NCBI GenBank assembly: GCA_937927455.1
Contig: CALBEG010000046.1
Location: 1 to 39,939, forward strand
Length of the DNA stretch: 39,939 nucleotides
Direction: 5' to 3'
Source of the DNA: an uncultured Elioraea sp.
Lineage (GTDB): Bacteria; Pseudomonadota; Alphaproteobacteria; Acetobacterales; Acetobacteraceae
Both the position numbers and the translations under genes were made by a program. Below, in pieces: positions 19,260 to 28,170 of this stretch. Numbering within the stretch: position 1 is the stretch's first letter; every line of letters begins with the position of its first letter. The notes under the pieces are model-generated. The model had not been told where the DNA came from. It did no database searches and worked only from the letters and a program-made list of their open reading frames with translations.

Positions 19260-20495
19260 ATGCCGGGCGCACTTTCGGGCCTGAAGGTGATCGATCTGAC
19301 CCGCGTCCTCGGCGGGCCCTACTGCACCATGATCCTTGCCGACCACGGGGCGGAGGTGATCAAGATCGAACCTCCCCAGGGCGACGAGACGCGCGACTGG
19401 GGCCCCCCCTTCCGCGATCATGGCGACGGCACGCGCGACGCCTCCTACTTTCTCGGCGTCAACCGCAACAAGGTCTCGTTGGCGCTTGATCTCGCGCGCG
19501 AGGAGGGGCGGGCGGTTCTCCTGCGCCTGCTCGAGGGCGCGGATGTGCTGATGGAGAATTTCAAGCCCGGAACGATGGAGCGGTGGGGGCTCGGCTACGA
19601 GGCGCTGAGTGCGCGTTTCCCCCGCCTCATCCACTGCCGGATCTCGGGCTTCGGCGCCGACGGCCCGCTCGGTGGCTATCCCGGTTACGACGCGATCATC
19701 CAGGCCATGGCGGGGCTGATGAGCATCAACGGCACGCCCGAGACGGGGCCTGTGCGGCTCGCCACCCCGATGGTCGATCTGGGCACCGGTCTTTATTCGG
19801 CGATCGCGATCCTGATGGCGCTCTACGAGCGCGACCGCAGCGGGCAAGGCCAGTTCCTCGACATGACGCTCTACGACTGCGGCATGGCGCTTCTGCATCC
19901 GCACGCCGCCAACTATCTGCTGTCGGGGCGCCGTCCTGTCGCCACCGGCAACCCGCACCCCAACCTCGCGCCGTACGACAAGTTCCGCACCCGCACCTGC
20001 GAGATCTTCATCGGCACCGGCAACGATGCGACCTTCCGCCGGATGTGCGACCTCCTCGCCCGTCCGGAGCTTGCCGAGGATGCGCGCTTCGCCACCAACG
20101 CCGATCGGGTCGCCAACCGCGAAGCGCTTGCTGCGATCGTTCAGGAGATCATCGCCGACGAGGACGGGCACGCGTTGTGTGAGCGGCTTCTGGCGGCGGG
20201 CCTGCCGGCTGGCCCTGTGCTTTATGTCGACGAGGTGGTGGCCGCGCCGCACACGGCAGCGCGCAACATGGTGGCGGAGATCGGCTGGTATCGGGCGTTG
20301 AACACGCCGATCAAGTTCTCGCGCAGCCCAGGTGGTGCGCGCACGGCCCCGCCTCGGTTCGGCGAGCATGGTGAAGCCGTGCTCGCCGCCCACGGGTTCG
20401 CCGAGCGAGAGATCGCGGCCCTGAAGGCGGCCGGCGTGGTGGTGACTGAACGCCGCGTCGCGTCGCGGAAACCCGCTGCGAAGGCGGCGGAGTAG
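19260..20495 (+). CDS. CaiB/BaiF family III CoA-transferase
   Basis: VIDLTRVLGGP, NRNK.SL, ENFKPG and catalytic PGYD motifs. Confidence 0.95.
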   Translation: MPGALSGLKVIDLTRVLGGPYCTMILADHGAEVIKIEPPQGDETRDWGPPFRDHGDGTRDASYFLGVNRNKVSLALDLAREEGRAVLLRLLEGADVLMENFKPGTMERWGLGYEALSARFPRLIHCRISGFGADGPLGGYPGYDAIIQAMAGLMSINGTPETGPVRLATPMVDLGTGLYSAIAILMALYERDRSGQGQFLDMTLYDCGMALLHPHAANYLLSGRRPVATGNPHPNLAPYDKFRTRTCEIFIGTGNDATFRRMCDLLARPELAEDARFATNADRVANREALAAIVQEIIADEDGHALCERLLAAGLPAGPVLYVDEVVAAPHTAARNMVAEIGWYRALNTPIKFSRSPGGARTAPPRFGEHGEAVLAAHGFAEREIAALKAAGVVVTERRVASRKPAAKAAE

Positions 20496-20499
20496 GCGG

Positions 20500-21375
20500 T
20501 CAGGCCTGCCGTTTCGTCTCCGGTTGATCGTGGGGCTTGGGGGTGATCGCTTCCGCCTCCGCCTCAGCTTTTAGTCGCCGGTAGCTCCGCAGCCCGAGCG
20601 GCAGGGTTGCCGTGTAAACCGCGCCGATCACGGCCAACGTCCCCCACGGTTCGCTCACCAGCAGCGCCACCGCAAGCCCAGCGCCGAGCAGGAGCGGCAG
20701 CACGTATTCGTTCGGCACCTTGAAATTCTTGAAGCTCCAGGTGGGCAGGGTGCTCACCATCAACGCGGCGATTGCAAACAACAAAACGCCGGCGAAAGCT
20801 GGATGACGCGCGGCTTGGGAAAGCGCCGAAAGTCCTGAGGCTTCGGCTTGCAGCCACAGGAACAGCGGGAAGAGGGCAAGCCCCGCCCCTGCCGGTGCCG
20901 GCACGCCGACGAAGAAGTTGTACGTGTAGGCCGGTTTCGGTGCGCCATCGATGGCGGCGTTGAAGCGGGCAAGCCGCAGCGCCGCGCACACCGCGAACAT
21001 CAGGCACGGTGCCCAGCCGAGCCCGCCCCAGGCCTGAAGCGTCCAGAGATAGAGGATGAGGGCCGGTGCGATGCCGAAACAGAGGAAGTCGGCGAGGCTG
21101 TCGAACTCGGCTCCGAACCGCGTGGTCGCCTTGAGCAGGCGGGCGATTCGCCCATCGAGCCCGTCGATCACGCCCGCGACCACGATCGCCGCCGCCGCTG
21201 CGTCCCAGCGCTCAAGGAGCGCGAAGCGGATTGCGGTCAGGCCTGCACAGAGCCCAACCAGCGTCATCAGGTTGGGGATCAGCCGGTTGAAGGAGAGGCC
21301 CTGGAAGCGCGGGCGGGAGCGGCGGCGGATCCGCGCTCGCCACCGTTCCATCGCAGGCGTGAGGGCAGGGCGCAT
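20500..21375 (-). CDS. pssA: CDP-diacylglycerol-serine O-phosphatidyltransferase
   Basis: CDP-alcohol phosphotransferase motif DGLDGRIARLLKATTRFGAEFDSLAD plus RLARFN. Directly downstream of psd. Confidence 0.95.
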   Translation of the reverse strand: MRPALTPAMERWRARIRRRSRPRFQGLSFNRLIPNLMTLVGLCAGLTAIRFALLERWDAAAAAIVVAGVIDGLDGRIARLLKATTRFGAEFDSLADFLCFGIAPALILYLWTLQAWGGLGWAPCLMFAVCAALRLARFNAAIDGAPKPAYTYNFFVGVPAPAGAGLALFPLFLWLQAEASGLSALSQAARHPAFAGVLLFAIAALMVSTLPTWSFKNFKVPNEYVLPLLLGAGLAVALLVSEPWGTLAVIGAVYTATLPLGLRSYRRLKAEAEAEAITPKPHDQPETKRQA

Positions 21376-21376
21376 G

Positions 21377-22078
21377 TCAGATCATCTCCGCGGTGCGGGC
21401 CGGCTCGGTCGAGGCGAGGTCGGCGACGACCGTCTCGCCCGCGACCATCCGTTGACCTACCGAAACAAGAGGGGAGGCACGTTCGGGCAGGTAGAGATCG
21501 ACCCGCGAGCCGAAGCGGATGAGCCCGATCCGCTCGCCCGCGCGCACGTCTTGGCCCTCACGCACCTCGCAGACGATGCGACGCGCGATCAGCCCGGCGA
21601 TCTGCACGACCGCGATCGTGCGGCCGTCGGCAAGCTCAAGCAGGATGGCATTGCGCTCATTCTCCTCCGAGGCCTTGTCCATTGCCGCGTTGAGGAAGGC
21701 GCCCGGGTGGTAGGCGATGCGGCGGATTCGCCCCGCCGCCGGCGCACGGTTCACGTGCACGTCGAGCACGGAGAGGAAGGTCGCCACCCGCGTCCGTGGC
21801 TCGGGGCCGAGACCGAGTTCGGCAGGAGGAACGGCGGGTGCGATCGACATCACGCGCCCGTCGGCAGGGGCAAGAATGAGTCCAGGCCGCTGCGGCACGG
21901 CGCGGTCGGGGTCGCGAAAGAAGACGGCGGACAACGCGGCACCAGCAAGGCCAAGCCAGACGAAGCCGTGCCAGACAAGCCCCAGAACGAGCCCCGCAAG
22001 GGCCGGGGCGACGATGAAGGGAAGCCCCGCGCGGTGCGGTCTGGCCAGCACCAGAGCGGCGGTGTCGAGAAGGCTCAT
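21377..22078 (-). CDS. psd: Phosphatidylserine decarboxylase proenzyme
   Basis: FFRDP, APADG, DVHVNRAP and cleavage motif IRFGSRVD. Confidence 0.96.
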   Translation of the reverse strand: MSLLDTAALVLARPHRAGLPFIVAPALAGLVLGLVWHGFVWLGLAGAALSAVFFRDPDRAVPQRPGLILAPADGRVMSIAPAVPPAELGLGPEPRTRVATFLSVLDVHVNRAPAAGRIRRIAYHPGAFLNAAMDKASEENERNAILLELADGRTIAVVQIAGLIARRIVCEVREGQDVRAGERIGLIRFGSRVDLYLPERASPLVSVGQRMVAGETVVADLASTEPARTAEMI

Positions 22079-22191
22079 ATGTCCGTTGCGTGTCGCTTCG
22101 ATGACACTGCTGGCACGGATCGCCCGCCAAGGCGAGGCCCACCCGTTCTGTTCAGCGAAGCTTTACCCTTTGCGGGCATCCTCGACCCGCG

Positions 22192-22662
22192 ATGACTGCC
22201 TCCGCCCTCTCGCCCTCTGTTCTCTCATCCCCCGTGCCGTTGAGCGGCCGCCCTCTCGGCCGCCTTGGTCCGTTCGAGGTGGGGCTTGATGGCGCACTCT
22301 CGCCCTCCGGCGCCTCGGGCCCCGTCCGCTTCGCCTTCGCCTGGCGCGGGCGCCGCGTGCAGGCGGAACTCGGGCCGGGGCGCCAGCTCCGCTTCGGCAT
22401 TCGGGCCTTCCGGGTTCCCTTCACGGCGGAGGAGGCGGGCAGACGACGGTCGGTGTTGACGGCGGTTCTCGCGCTCCGCGCCGGCGGCGAGACAAACCTC
22501 ACGGCGGTGCTCTCGCCGGCGCACGAACTCCGTCTCGAATGGCAGGAGACTCTGGAAGCGACGACCGCAACCCGCCTGGTCGCTGCCGCGACGCGCTTTG
22601 TTCTGCTCGTCGAGCCATATCTGACGCTCCTGGAGGAGGAGGGCGCCGTCCCACCCGTTTGA
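22192..22662 (+). CDS. Hypothetical protein (156 aa), divergent from psd
   Basis: Clean ORF filling the gap, with protein-like composition (RFAFAWRGRR...VPFTAE...EPYLTLL). No family recognised. Confidence 0.7.
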   Translation: MTASALSPSVLSSPVPLSGRPLGRLGPFEVGLDGALSPSGASGPVRFAFAWRGRRVQAELGPGRQLRFGIRAFRVPFTAEEAGRRRSVLTAVLALRAGGETNLTAVLSPAHELRLEWQETLEATTATRLVAAATRFVLLVEPYLTLLEEEGAVPPV

Positions 22663-22861
22663 CGCGCCGCAGCCACGGCCCTGGCCCGGCCTGCGCCGCT
22701 CGTCAGGCGAACGCCTCGGCTGATGGCGCCGGCGTGGGCACGGCGCCGATGCGTCCGTTCAATCGGGTCTCGCCAAGGCGGCGTTTGGGCGGCCGACGCG
22801 TTGGCGCGCTGCTATGGCCGGGGCCGCGCCAGGGCAAGGACCTCCGGCGCGACCCGCCATC

Positions 22862-24139
22862 TCAACCCTCGGGCCGCGGCACGACGAACACTTGGCCCGG
22901 ATAGATCCGGTTCGGATTGCGGATCTGGTCGCGGTTCGCCTCATAGATGATCGTGTAGCGAATCCCGCGACCATAGGTCGCCCGCGCAATCCGCCACAGG
23001 CTCTGGCCCGGCTGCACGACCACCATGCCCTCGCGCAGGCCTTCGGGCGGCATGTTCGCTCTCTGGAACTCCACTTCGGCCCGTGCCATCACCTTGCCGT
23101 CTGCGGCGAGTTGGTCGGCACGCAAAGCTGCTACTTTGCCTGGTTCGATCGGCACTGCCGCCGGCGCCAGGCTCCAACGACCGGCCTCGTTCGCCCGCGT
23201 GTCGCCGAGATGGTTGGTGTCGAGGTAGAGCCGCACAGGCGCCCCTGGGGCGGCGCGGCCGGAAAAGCGGATGTCCCCGCCCTCTCCATACTCCACTGCC
23301 TCCACGGTCACAGACCCTCCGCGGTTAGGCAGCGAAACGCCAGTGCCGTGCCCAGCGTGCACGGACGGCAAGGGCGCGGCTCTGGCCCTCCCCGCCATGT
23401 CGGGGGGCGCCGCCGCCGGCGAGATCGCCTCGGCCCCTTCCGTGTCCGGCCGTCGATCCTGCGATGCTGCGAGGGGTGGCAACGGAACCGCCGCGGCCGG
23501 GGGCATTGCTCCGCCGGCTGACGGCGCCTGCAAAACCCGCAATTCGCCCTGTGGGTCGCGCGGCGCGAGCAGGGCAATCGGCGGCGGCGCAGGCGTCTCG
23601 GCCGGCAGAGGACGGCCGGCGACGTCGCGATCCCGCTCAGGCACGACGACCACCAGCGTCGATGCGGATTCCAGCACGCTTCCGTCTGGGGCGCGGGCGA
23701 GCAGGCTGAGTTCGCGCCCGCCCGGCGGCATTGGCAGGGCGGGGACGAAGACCCACTCGCCGCGATCGTCCGCCCGTGCGCGGCCCATCTCGCGGCCCCC
23801 GTCGAGGATCGTCACCTCGGCATGCGGCGCCGCCCGACCAGCCATCACCGCCTCGCCGCGCGCACTCACACGCACGATGTCGAATGACGGGCGAAGAGGG
23901 GCCGATGGCGGTGGCTGCGCCAGCGCGATCGGCGCCGTCGCCACCGGCGCGGCGGTTTGTGCCGGCGCGACAGCGACAGGCGCGGCAAGACGGTCTGCCG
24001 GCATGCGCGGTCCCAGGTCAGCCAGCGGCGTGGGGTCTGCCCTCCGCCCAGCCGGCCGAAGGTCACGGTCGCCAGCCAACCACCACAGCCCACCGGCAAT
24101 GGCGACCAGGCCGGCGAGACCGACCAAAACGGGTCGCAT
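22862..24139 (-). CDS. Membrane-anchored LysM peptidoglycan-binding protein with Ig-like repeats
   Basis: N-terminal [10 protein letters not shown]...AGRAAP, ADDRGEW/ANEAGRW repeats and C-terminal Lys[13 protein letters not shown]...[18 protein letters not shown]. Confidence 0.92.
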   Translation of the reverse strand: MRPVLVGLAGLVAIAGGLWWLAGDRDLRPAGRRADPTPLADLGPRMPADRLAAPVAVAPAQTAAPVATAPIALAQPPPSAPLRPSFDIVRVSARGEAVMAGRAAPHAEVTILDGGREMGRARADDRGEWVFVPALPMPPGGRELSLLARAPDGSVLESASTLVVVVPERDRDVAGRPLPAETPAPPPIALLAPRDPQGELRVLQAPSAGGAMPPAAAVPLPPLAASQDRRPDTEGAEAISPAAAPPDMAGRARAAPLPSVHAGHGTGVSLPNRGGSVTVEAVEYGEGGDIRFSGRAAPGAPVRLYLDTNHLGDTRANEAGRWSLAPAAVPIEPGKVAALRADQLAADGKVMARAEVEFQRANMPPEGLREGMVVVQPGQSLWRIARATYGRGIRYTIIYEANRDQIRNPNRIYPGQVFVVPRPEG

Positions 24140-24471
24140 GGCCCGACCTCGCTGCGACTGTTTTACCGCCCGACAATAGGTGTAGGCGGCGTGACATCGT
24201 CTTGCAATGCGAAGCGCGTTCACCGTCCCGCGGGCGCCTGCGGGTCCCACATGCCTCCCGCATGACCAAGCGAACGCCAGGCGACCAGCCGGAGCCGGGC
24301 CGACCTCAAGGCGTGGCAGTGGTGGCAGCGGCAAGCGCGCCAGCGGCACAGGCGCGCCCGCTCACGCAACCGCTCGCGGAGCCGTGCGCTCACGCCGGGC
24401 AGGCAGGCCCAGTATGGTCGCCAGGGAAGAAGCGGGAACAGAAGCGAACCATGCGCGGCGAGACCGAGGCG

Positions 24472-25128
24472 ATGACCGAACGGGCGGTGTGGGATCTGCC
24501 GACCAGACTGTTCCACTGGGCGCTTGTGCTGTGCCTTGTCGCGTCCTTCATCACGGTCAAGCTGCACGAGATGCGCCTGCATGCTTGGTTTGGCTATACA
24601 GCGCTCACGCTCGTGCTGTTTCGCCTGGTGTGGGGCGTCGTCGGCAGCGAGAGCGCGCGCTTCGTGCGCTTTGTGCGCGGCCCCGGCGCGGTGGCCAACC
24701 ACCTTGGCGGCCTGCTCCGCCGCGAGCCCGACCGCGAAACCACCCACAACGCGCTGGGTGGCTGGGCGGTGGTCGCTCTCCTCCTGCTCGTCCTGGCGCA
24801 AGCGACGACGGGGCTGTTCGCCAACGACGACATTCTCTTCCGAGGGCCGCTTTTCCCTCTGGTGGGCAAAGCCTGGTCGGACCGCCTCACCACCTGGCAC
24901 TACCGGGTCTCTGATGCGTTGCTCATCATGATCGCCGTGCACGTCGCGGCCGTGCTTGTATACCGCATCGCGCTTGGGCGCGACCTGATCACGCCAATGC
25001 TGACCGGCCGCAAACGCCTCCCCGATCCTGTCGCTTCGCCTCGCCTTGTCTCACCCTGGCTCGCGCTCTTGGCGTTGGTGATTGCGGCCGTGGCGGTGTG
25101 GGCGGTGGTGACCCGGCAGCTGTTTTGA
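24472..25128 (+). CDS. Cytochrome b (Ni-hydrogenase b-type / b561 family)
   Basis: VWDLPTRLFHW, H...GY, HNALGG and WH...VHV heme-ligand pattern. Alternative start at 24451. Confidence 0.92.
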   Translation: MTERAVWDLPTRLFHWALVLCLVASFITVKLHEMRLHAWFGYTALTLVLFRLVWGVVGSESARFVRFVRGPGAVANHLGGLLRREPDRETTHNALGGWAVVALLLLVLAQATTGLFANDDILFRGPLFPLVGKAWSDRLTTWHYRVSDALLIMIAVHVAAVLVYRIALGRDLITPMLTGRKRLPDPVASPRLVSPWLALLALVIAAVAVWAVVTRQLF

Positions 25129-25133
25129 TCGCG

Positions 25134-25574
25134 TCAGCGCTGCGGTGCGCGATAAGGGCGGTGGCAAGCGCCGCAGGCCTGGCCGGTTGCCTCGAAGGCC
25201 TGGGCGAGCGCCCTCTGATCTGTCCCTTGCGCCGCGGCGACCAGCGCTTCGGCGCGTTGCGTAAAGGCGTCGGCCACGCGCTCGAACCCCGTGCGATCGC
25301 TCCAGACGGCGGGCAGGGCGCGGCTTCCTTGCCCGTCGCTACCGGGCGGGAAGAGCGTTTTGATCTTCGGTGCATGCTCGGCGATGGCGCGGGCGTGCGG
25401 CAGGGCCTCGCTATTGGGGTCTCGCATCTGCACGATGGTTTGGATCGCCTCCATTTTGTCGCGCAGCAGGCGGAATCCCGCCTGGCGTTCGGCGATCACG
25501 CCGGTCTGGGCGAAGGCGAGAGCCGGTGCCAGCGCGAGGGCAACGGTGAGGACAGTGGCGCGCAGCAACGTCAT
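25134..25574 (-). CDS. Cytochrome c' (class II cytochrome c)
   Basis: Signal peptide, R.LP.VW motif and C-terminal heme motif CGACH..YR. Confidence 0.93.
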   Translation of the reverse strand: MTLLRATVLTVALALAPALAFAQTGVIAERQAGFRLLRDKMEAIQTIVQMRDPNSEALPHARAIAEHAPKIKTLFPPGSDGQGSRALPAVWSDRTGFERVADAFTQRAEALVAAAQGTDQRALAQAFEATGQACGACHRPYRAPQR

Positions 25575-25753
25575 GGGTGTCGTGCTTCCCTTTTCAGTGC
25601 ACCGGCCGAAGGCACCGGCGCGCCCGAGACTGCCAAAGAGCCGGGCCGGCCACGCGCTCACAATCGTGTGCGCAGCCAAAAGGGCAGCGAGTGACAGGGG
25701 CGTGCCGCCGCGTTAGTGCCGCCTTCATCGCTTCTGAGGCATGGAGTTCCCCA

Positions 25754-26443
25754 ATGCAGCGAGTTCACATTCGTGCCGTCGCCGTCTTTTGCGGTTCTCG
25801 TCTGGGCAGGGATCAGCGCTTCGCTGAGGCGGCCGATCGTCTTGGCCGCCTATTCGGCGAGGCGGGCGTACGCCTGGTTTTCGGTGGCGGCCGAATCGGG
25901 CTGATGGGTCGGATCGCCGATGCCTGCCTCGCCGCGGGCGGGCAGGTGACGGGGGTGATCCCCCGTTTCCTTGCCGAACGCGAGGTGGCGCACGCAGGGG
26001 TCGCCGACATGCGCATGGTGGAGGCGCAGCGCATTCGCACCAACGGCCGCCCGTCAGACTCTGTTGGTCAGGGAGCGGGGGGAGGCTGCGTCGCGCCGCT
26101 CGAAGAGATGGAGCTCGAGATCAATGCGATGCACATCCGCAAGGCCTGGATGGCGGCGGAGGCAGATGCCTTCGTGATGCTGCCCGGCGGCTTGGGCACG
26201 CTTGACGAGACGATCGAGATCTTGACGTGGCGCCAGCTCGGCCTGCACGAGAAGCCGATTGTGCTGTGCGACATCGCGGGCAGTGCTCGGCCTCTTGTCG
26301 CCGCCATTGATGCCGCGATCGCAGCCGGGTTCGCAGAGCCCTCCGCCCGTGCCTTGTTCGCTGTCGCCGACGGGCCGGATGCCGTGTTGCCCCTGCTCGC
26401 GAGCCTGACTTCCCCCTCGCATGCTTCCGCTGCGGCGAGCTGA
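25754..26443 (+). CDS. LOG family nucleotide phosphoribohydrolase with internal insertion
   Basis: AVFCGS, GG.IGLMG, GVIP, MH.RK and PGGLGTLDE motifs. ATG at 25754 after GGAG. Confidence 0.92.
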   Translation: MQRVHIRAVAVFCGSRLGRDQRFAEAADRLGRLFGEAGVRLVFGGGRIGLMGRIADACLAAGGQVTGVIPRFLAEREVAHAGVADMRMVEAQRIRTNGRPSDSVGQGAGGGCVAPLEEMELEINAMHIRKAWMAAEADAFVMLPGGLGTLDETIEILTWRQLGLHEKPIVLCDIAGSARPLVAAIDAAIAAGFAEPSARALFAVADGPDAVLPLLASLTSPSHASAAAS

Positions 26444-26452
26444 GGCGGCGTC

Positions 26453-26481
26453 TTGCCGGCTGATCGGCACAGGCCTATACG
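26453..26481 (+). promoter_or_regulatory. Candidate sigma70 promoter for tRNA-Pro
   Basis: TTGCCG (26453-26458), 17-nt spacer, TATACG (26476-26481), followed by a GC-rich discriminator. Confidence 0.6.
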
Positions 26482-26501
26482 CAGGGGCCGCGTCTGGCGG
26501 C

Positions 26502-26578
26502 CGGAGCGTAGCTCAGCCTGGTAGAGCACTGTGTTCGGGACGCAGGGGCCGGAGGTTCGAATCCTCTCGCTCCGACCA
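26502..26578 (+). tRNA. tRNA-Pro (anticodon CGG)
   Basis: 77 nt. Acceptor stem CGGAGCG/CGCTCCG, D arm GCTC...GAGC, anticodon arm CTGTG-TTCGGGA-CGCAG, T loop GGTTCGAATCC and encoded CCA. Confidence 0.98.
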
Positions 26579-26674
26579 GCCGGACGCCCTTTCCACCCCT
26601 CCTCAGGCCAAGCCGGCATTCCGCGCCGACGTCAACGCAGCTAAGGTGCCGACGCGCGCGTGGAGGCGGGGGGC

Positions 26675-28072
26675 ATGTCGCAACCGGACTACGACGTCAT
26701 TGTCATCGGGGCTGGGCCGGGTGGCTATGTCTGCGCCATCCGCTGCGCCCAGGCGGGGCTGCGTGTCGCCTGCGTCGAAAAGCGCCACACTCTGGGCGGG
26801 ACGTGCCTGAACATCGGCTGCATTCCCTCCAAGGCTCTGCTGACGAGTTCGGAGAAATATGCCGAGGCCCAATCCCACCTCGAAGACCATGGCGTGGTGA
26901 TCGGCGGTGAGATCGGGCTCGATCTGCACCGCATGCTGGCGCGCAAGGACGAGGTGGTGGCCGCCAACGTCCAGGGCATCGAGTTCCTGTTCCGCAAGAA
27001 CAAGGTGACTCGCATCGAGGGGGAGGGGCGGATCGAGGCGCCTGGCCGGGTGGCGGTGAATGGCACCGTGCACACAGCGAGGCACATCGTGATCGCCACC
27101 GGCTCCGAGAGCACGCCGCTGCCGGGGGTCGAGGTGGACGAGCGGATGATCGTCTCCTCCACCGGCGCGCTTGGGCTCGAGCGGGTTCCCGCTCACCTCG
27201 CCGTCATCGGCGGTGGCTACATCGGGCTCGAACTGGGGTCAGTCTGGCGCCGCTTGGGTGCCAAGGTGACGGTGATCGAGGTTCTCGATCGCATCGTGCC
27301 GACGATGGATGGCGAGGTGGCGAAGACCTTCCAGAGGATCCTCACCAAGCAAGGGATCTCGTTTCGCCTCGGCACCAAGGTGGTCGGAGCGCGCAAAGGG
27401 AATGACGGGGTAACGCTCGGGCTCGAACCAGTCGCCGGTGGGCAGGCGGAGGAGCTGCAGGCCGACGTCGTGCTGGTCGCGATTGGCCGCCGTCCCCACA
27501 CCACGGGCCTCGGCCTCGACGAGGTCGGGGTCGCGCGCGACGAGCGCGGCCGCATCCGCACCAAGGACGGCTATGCCACCTCGGTTCCCAACATCTGGGC
27601 GATCGGCGACGTCATCGCGGGCCCGATGCTTGCCCACAAAGCGGAGGAGGAAGGGGTGGCGCTGGCCGACCGGCTCGCCGGGCGGCACGGGCACGTCAAC
27701 TACGAGGCGATTCCCGGCGTGGTGTACACGGCACCCGAGGTCGCCGCCGTAGGGGCGACCGAAGAGGAGCTGAAGGCGAGGGGGGTGGCGTATCGCGTCG
27801 GCAAGTTCCCCTTCAGCGCCAACGGGCGCGCCCGTGCCCTGGGGGAGACGGAAGGCTTCGTGAAGATCCTTGCCGATGCGGCGACCGATCGGATCCTCGG
27901 CGCGCATATCGTCGGGCCGCAGGCGGGCACGCTGATCGCGGAACTGGCGCTGGCGGTGGAGTTCGGCGCCTCGGCTGAGGACGTGGCGCTCACGTCGCAC
28001 GCGCACCCTTCGCTGAACGAGGCGGTGAAGGAAGCGGCCCTCGCAGTGTCCGGCAAGCCGCTGCACCTTTGA
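26675..28072 (+). CDS. lpdA: Dihydrolipoamide dehydrogenase
   Basis: GAGPGGY, redox-active GGTCLNIGCIPSK, GGGYIG and C-terminal HAHPSLNE. Confidence 0.98.
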   Translation: MSQPDYDVIVIGAGPGGYVCAIRCAQAGLRVACVEKRHTLGGTCLNIGCIPSKALLTSSEKYAEAQSHLEDHGVVIGGEIGLDLHRMLARKDEVVAANVQGIEFLFRKNKVTRIEGEGRIEAPGRVAVNGTVHTARHIVIATGSESTPLPGVEVDERMIVSSTGALGLERVPAHLAVIGGGYIGLELGSVWRRLGAKVTVIEVLDRIVPTMDGEVAKTFQRILTKQGISFRLGTKVVGARKGNDGVTLGLEPVAGGQAEELQADVVLVAIGRRPHTTGLGLDEVGVARDERGRIRTKDGYATSVPNIWAIGDVIAGPMLAHKAEEEGVALADRLAGRHGHVNYEAIPGVVYTAPEVAAVGATEEELKARGVAYRVGKFPFSANGRARALGETEGFVKILADAATDRILGAHIVGPQAGTLIAELALAVEFGASAEDVALTSHAHPSLNEAVKEAALAVSGKPLHL

Positions 28073-28096
28073 TGTGAGAGGGGGCCGGCGGGCCCG

Positions 28097-28118
28097 GCCG
28101 AGGGGGGCGGCCCTCGGC
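28097..28118 (+). terminator. GC-rich hairpin after lpdA (possible terminator)
   Basis: GCCGAGGG...CCCTCGGC 8-bp stem. No clear U-tract. Confidence 0.3.
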
Positions 28119-28170
28119 AACGAAACCGCGTGATGCGTCAGGCGGTTTTGCGCTATCCTTCGCATACCGC

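Noticed and set aside
10148-22078. serC-serA and psd-pssA as a serine-to-phosphatidylethanolamine supercluster
   Set aside because: They are separated by ~7.5 kb of unrelated genes and lie on opposite strands, so proximity is probably coincidental.
24150-24170. RegA/PrrA-like site GCGAC-N6-ACCGC
   Set aside because: The motif is too degenerate to be meaningful in GC-rich DNA without conservation data.
26502-26660. tRNA-Pro as the integration site of a genomic island
   Set aside because: No integrase is adjacent, I saw no duplicated tRNA 3' end in the window, and the flanks are housekeeping genes.
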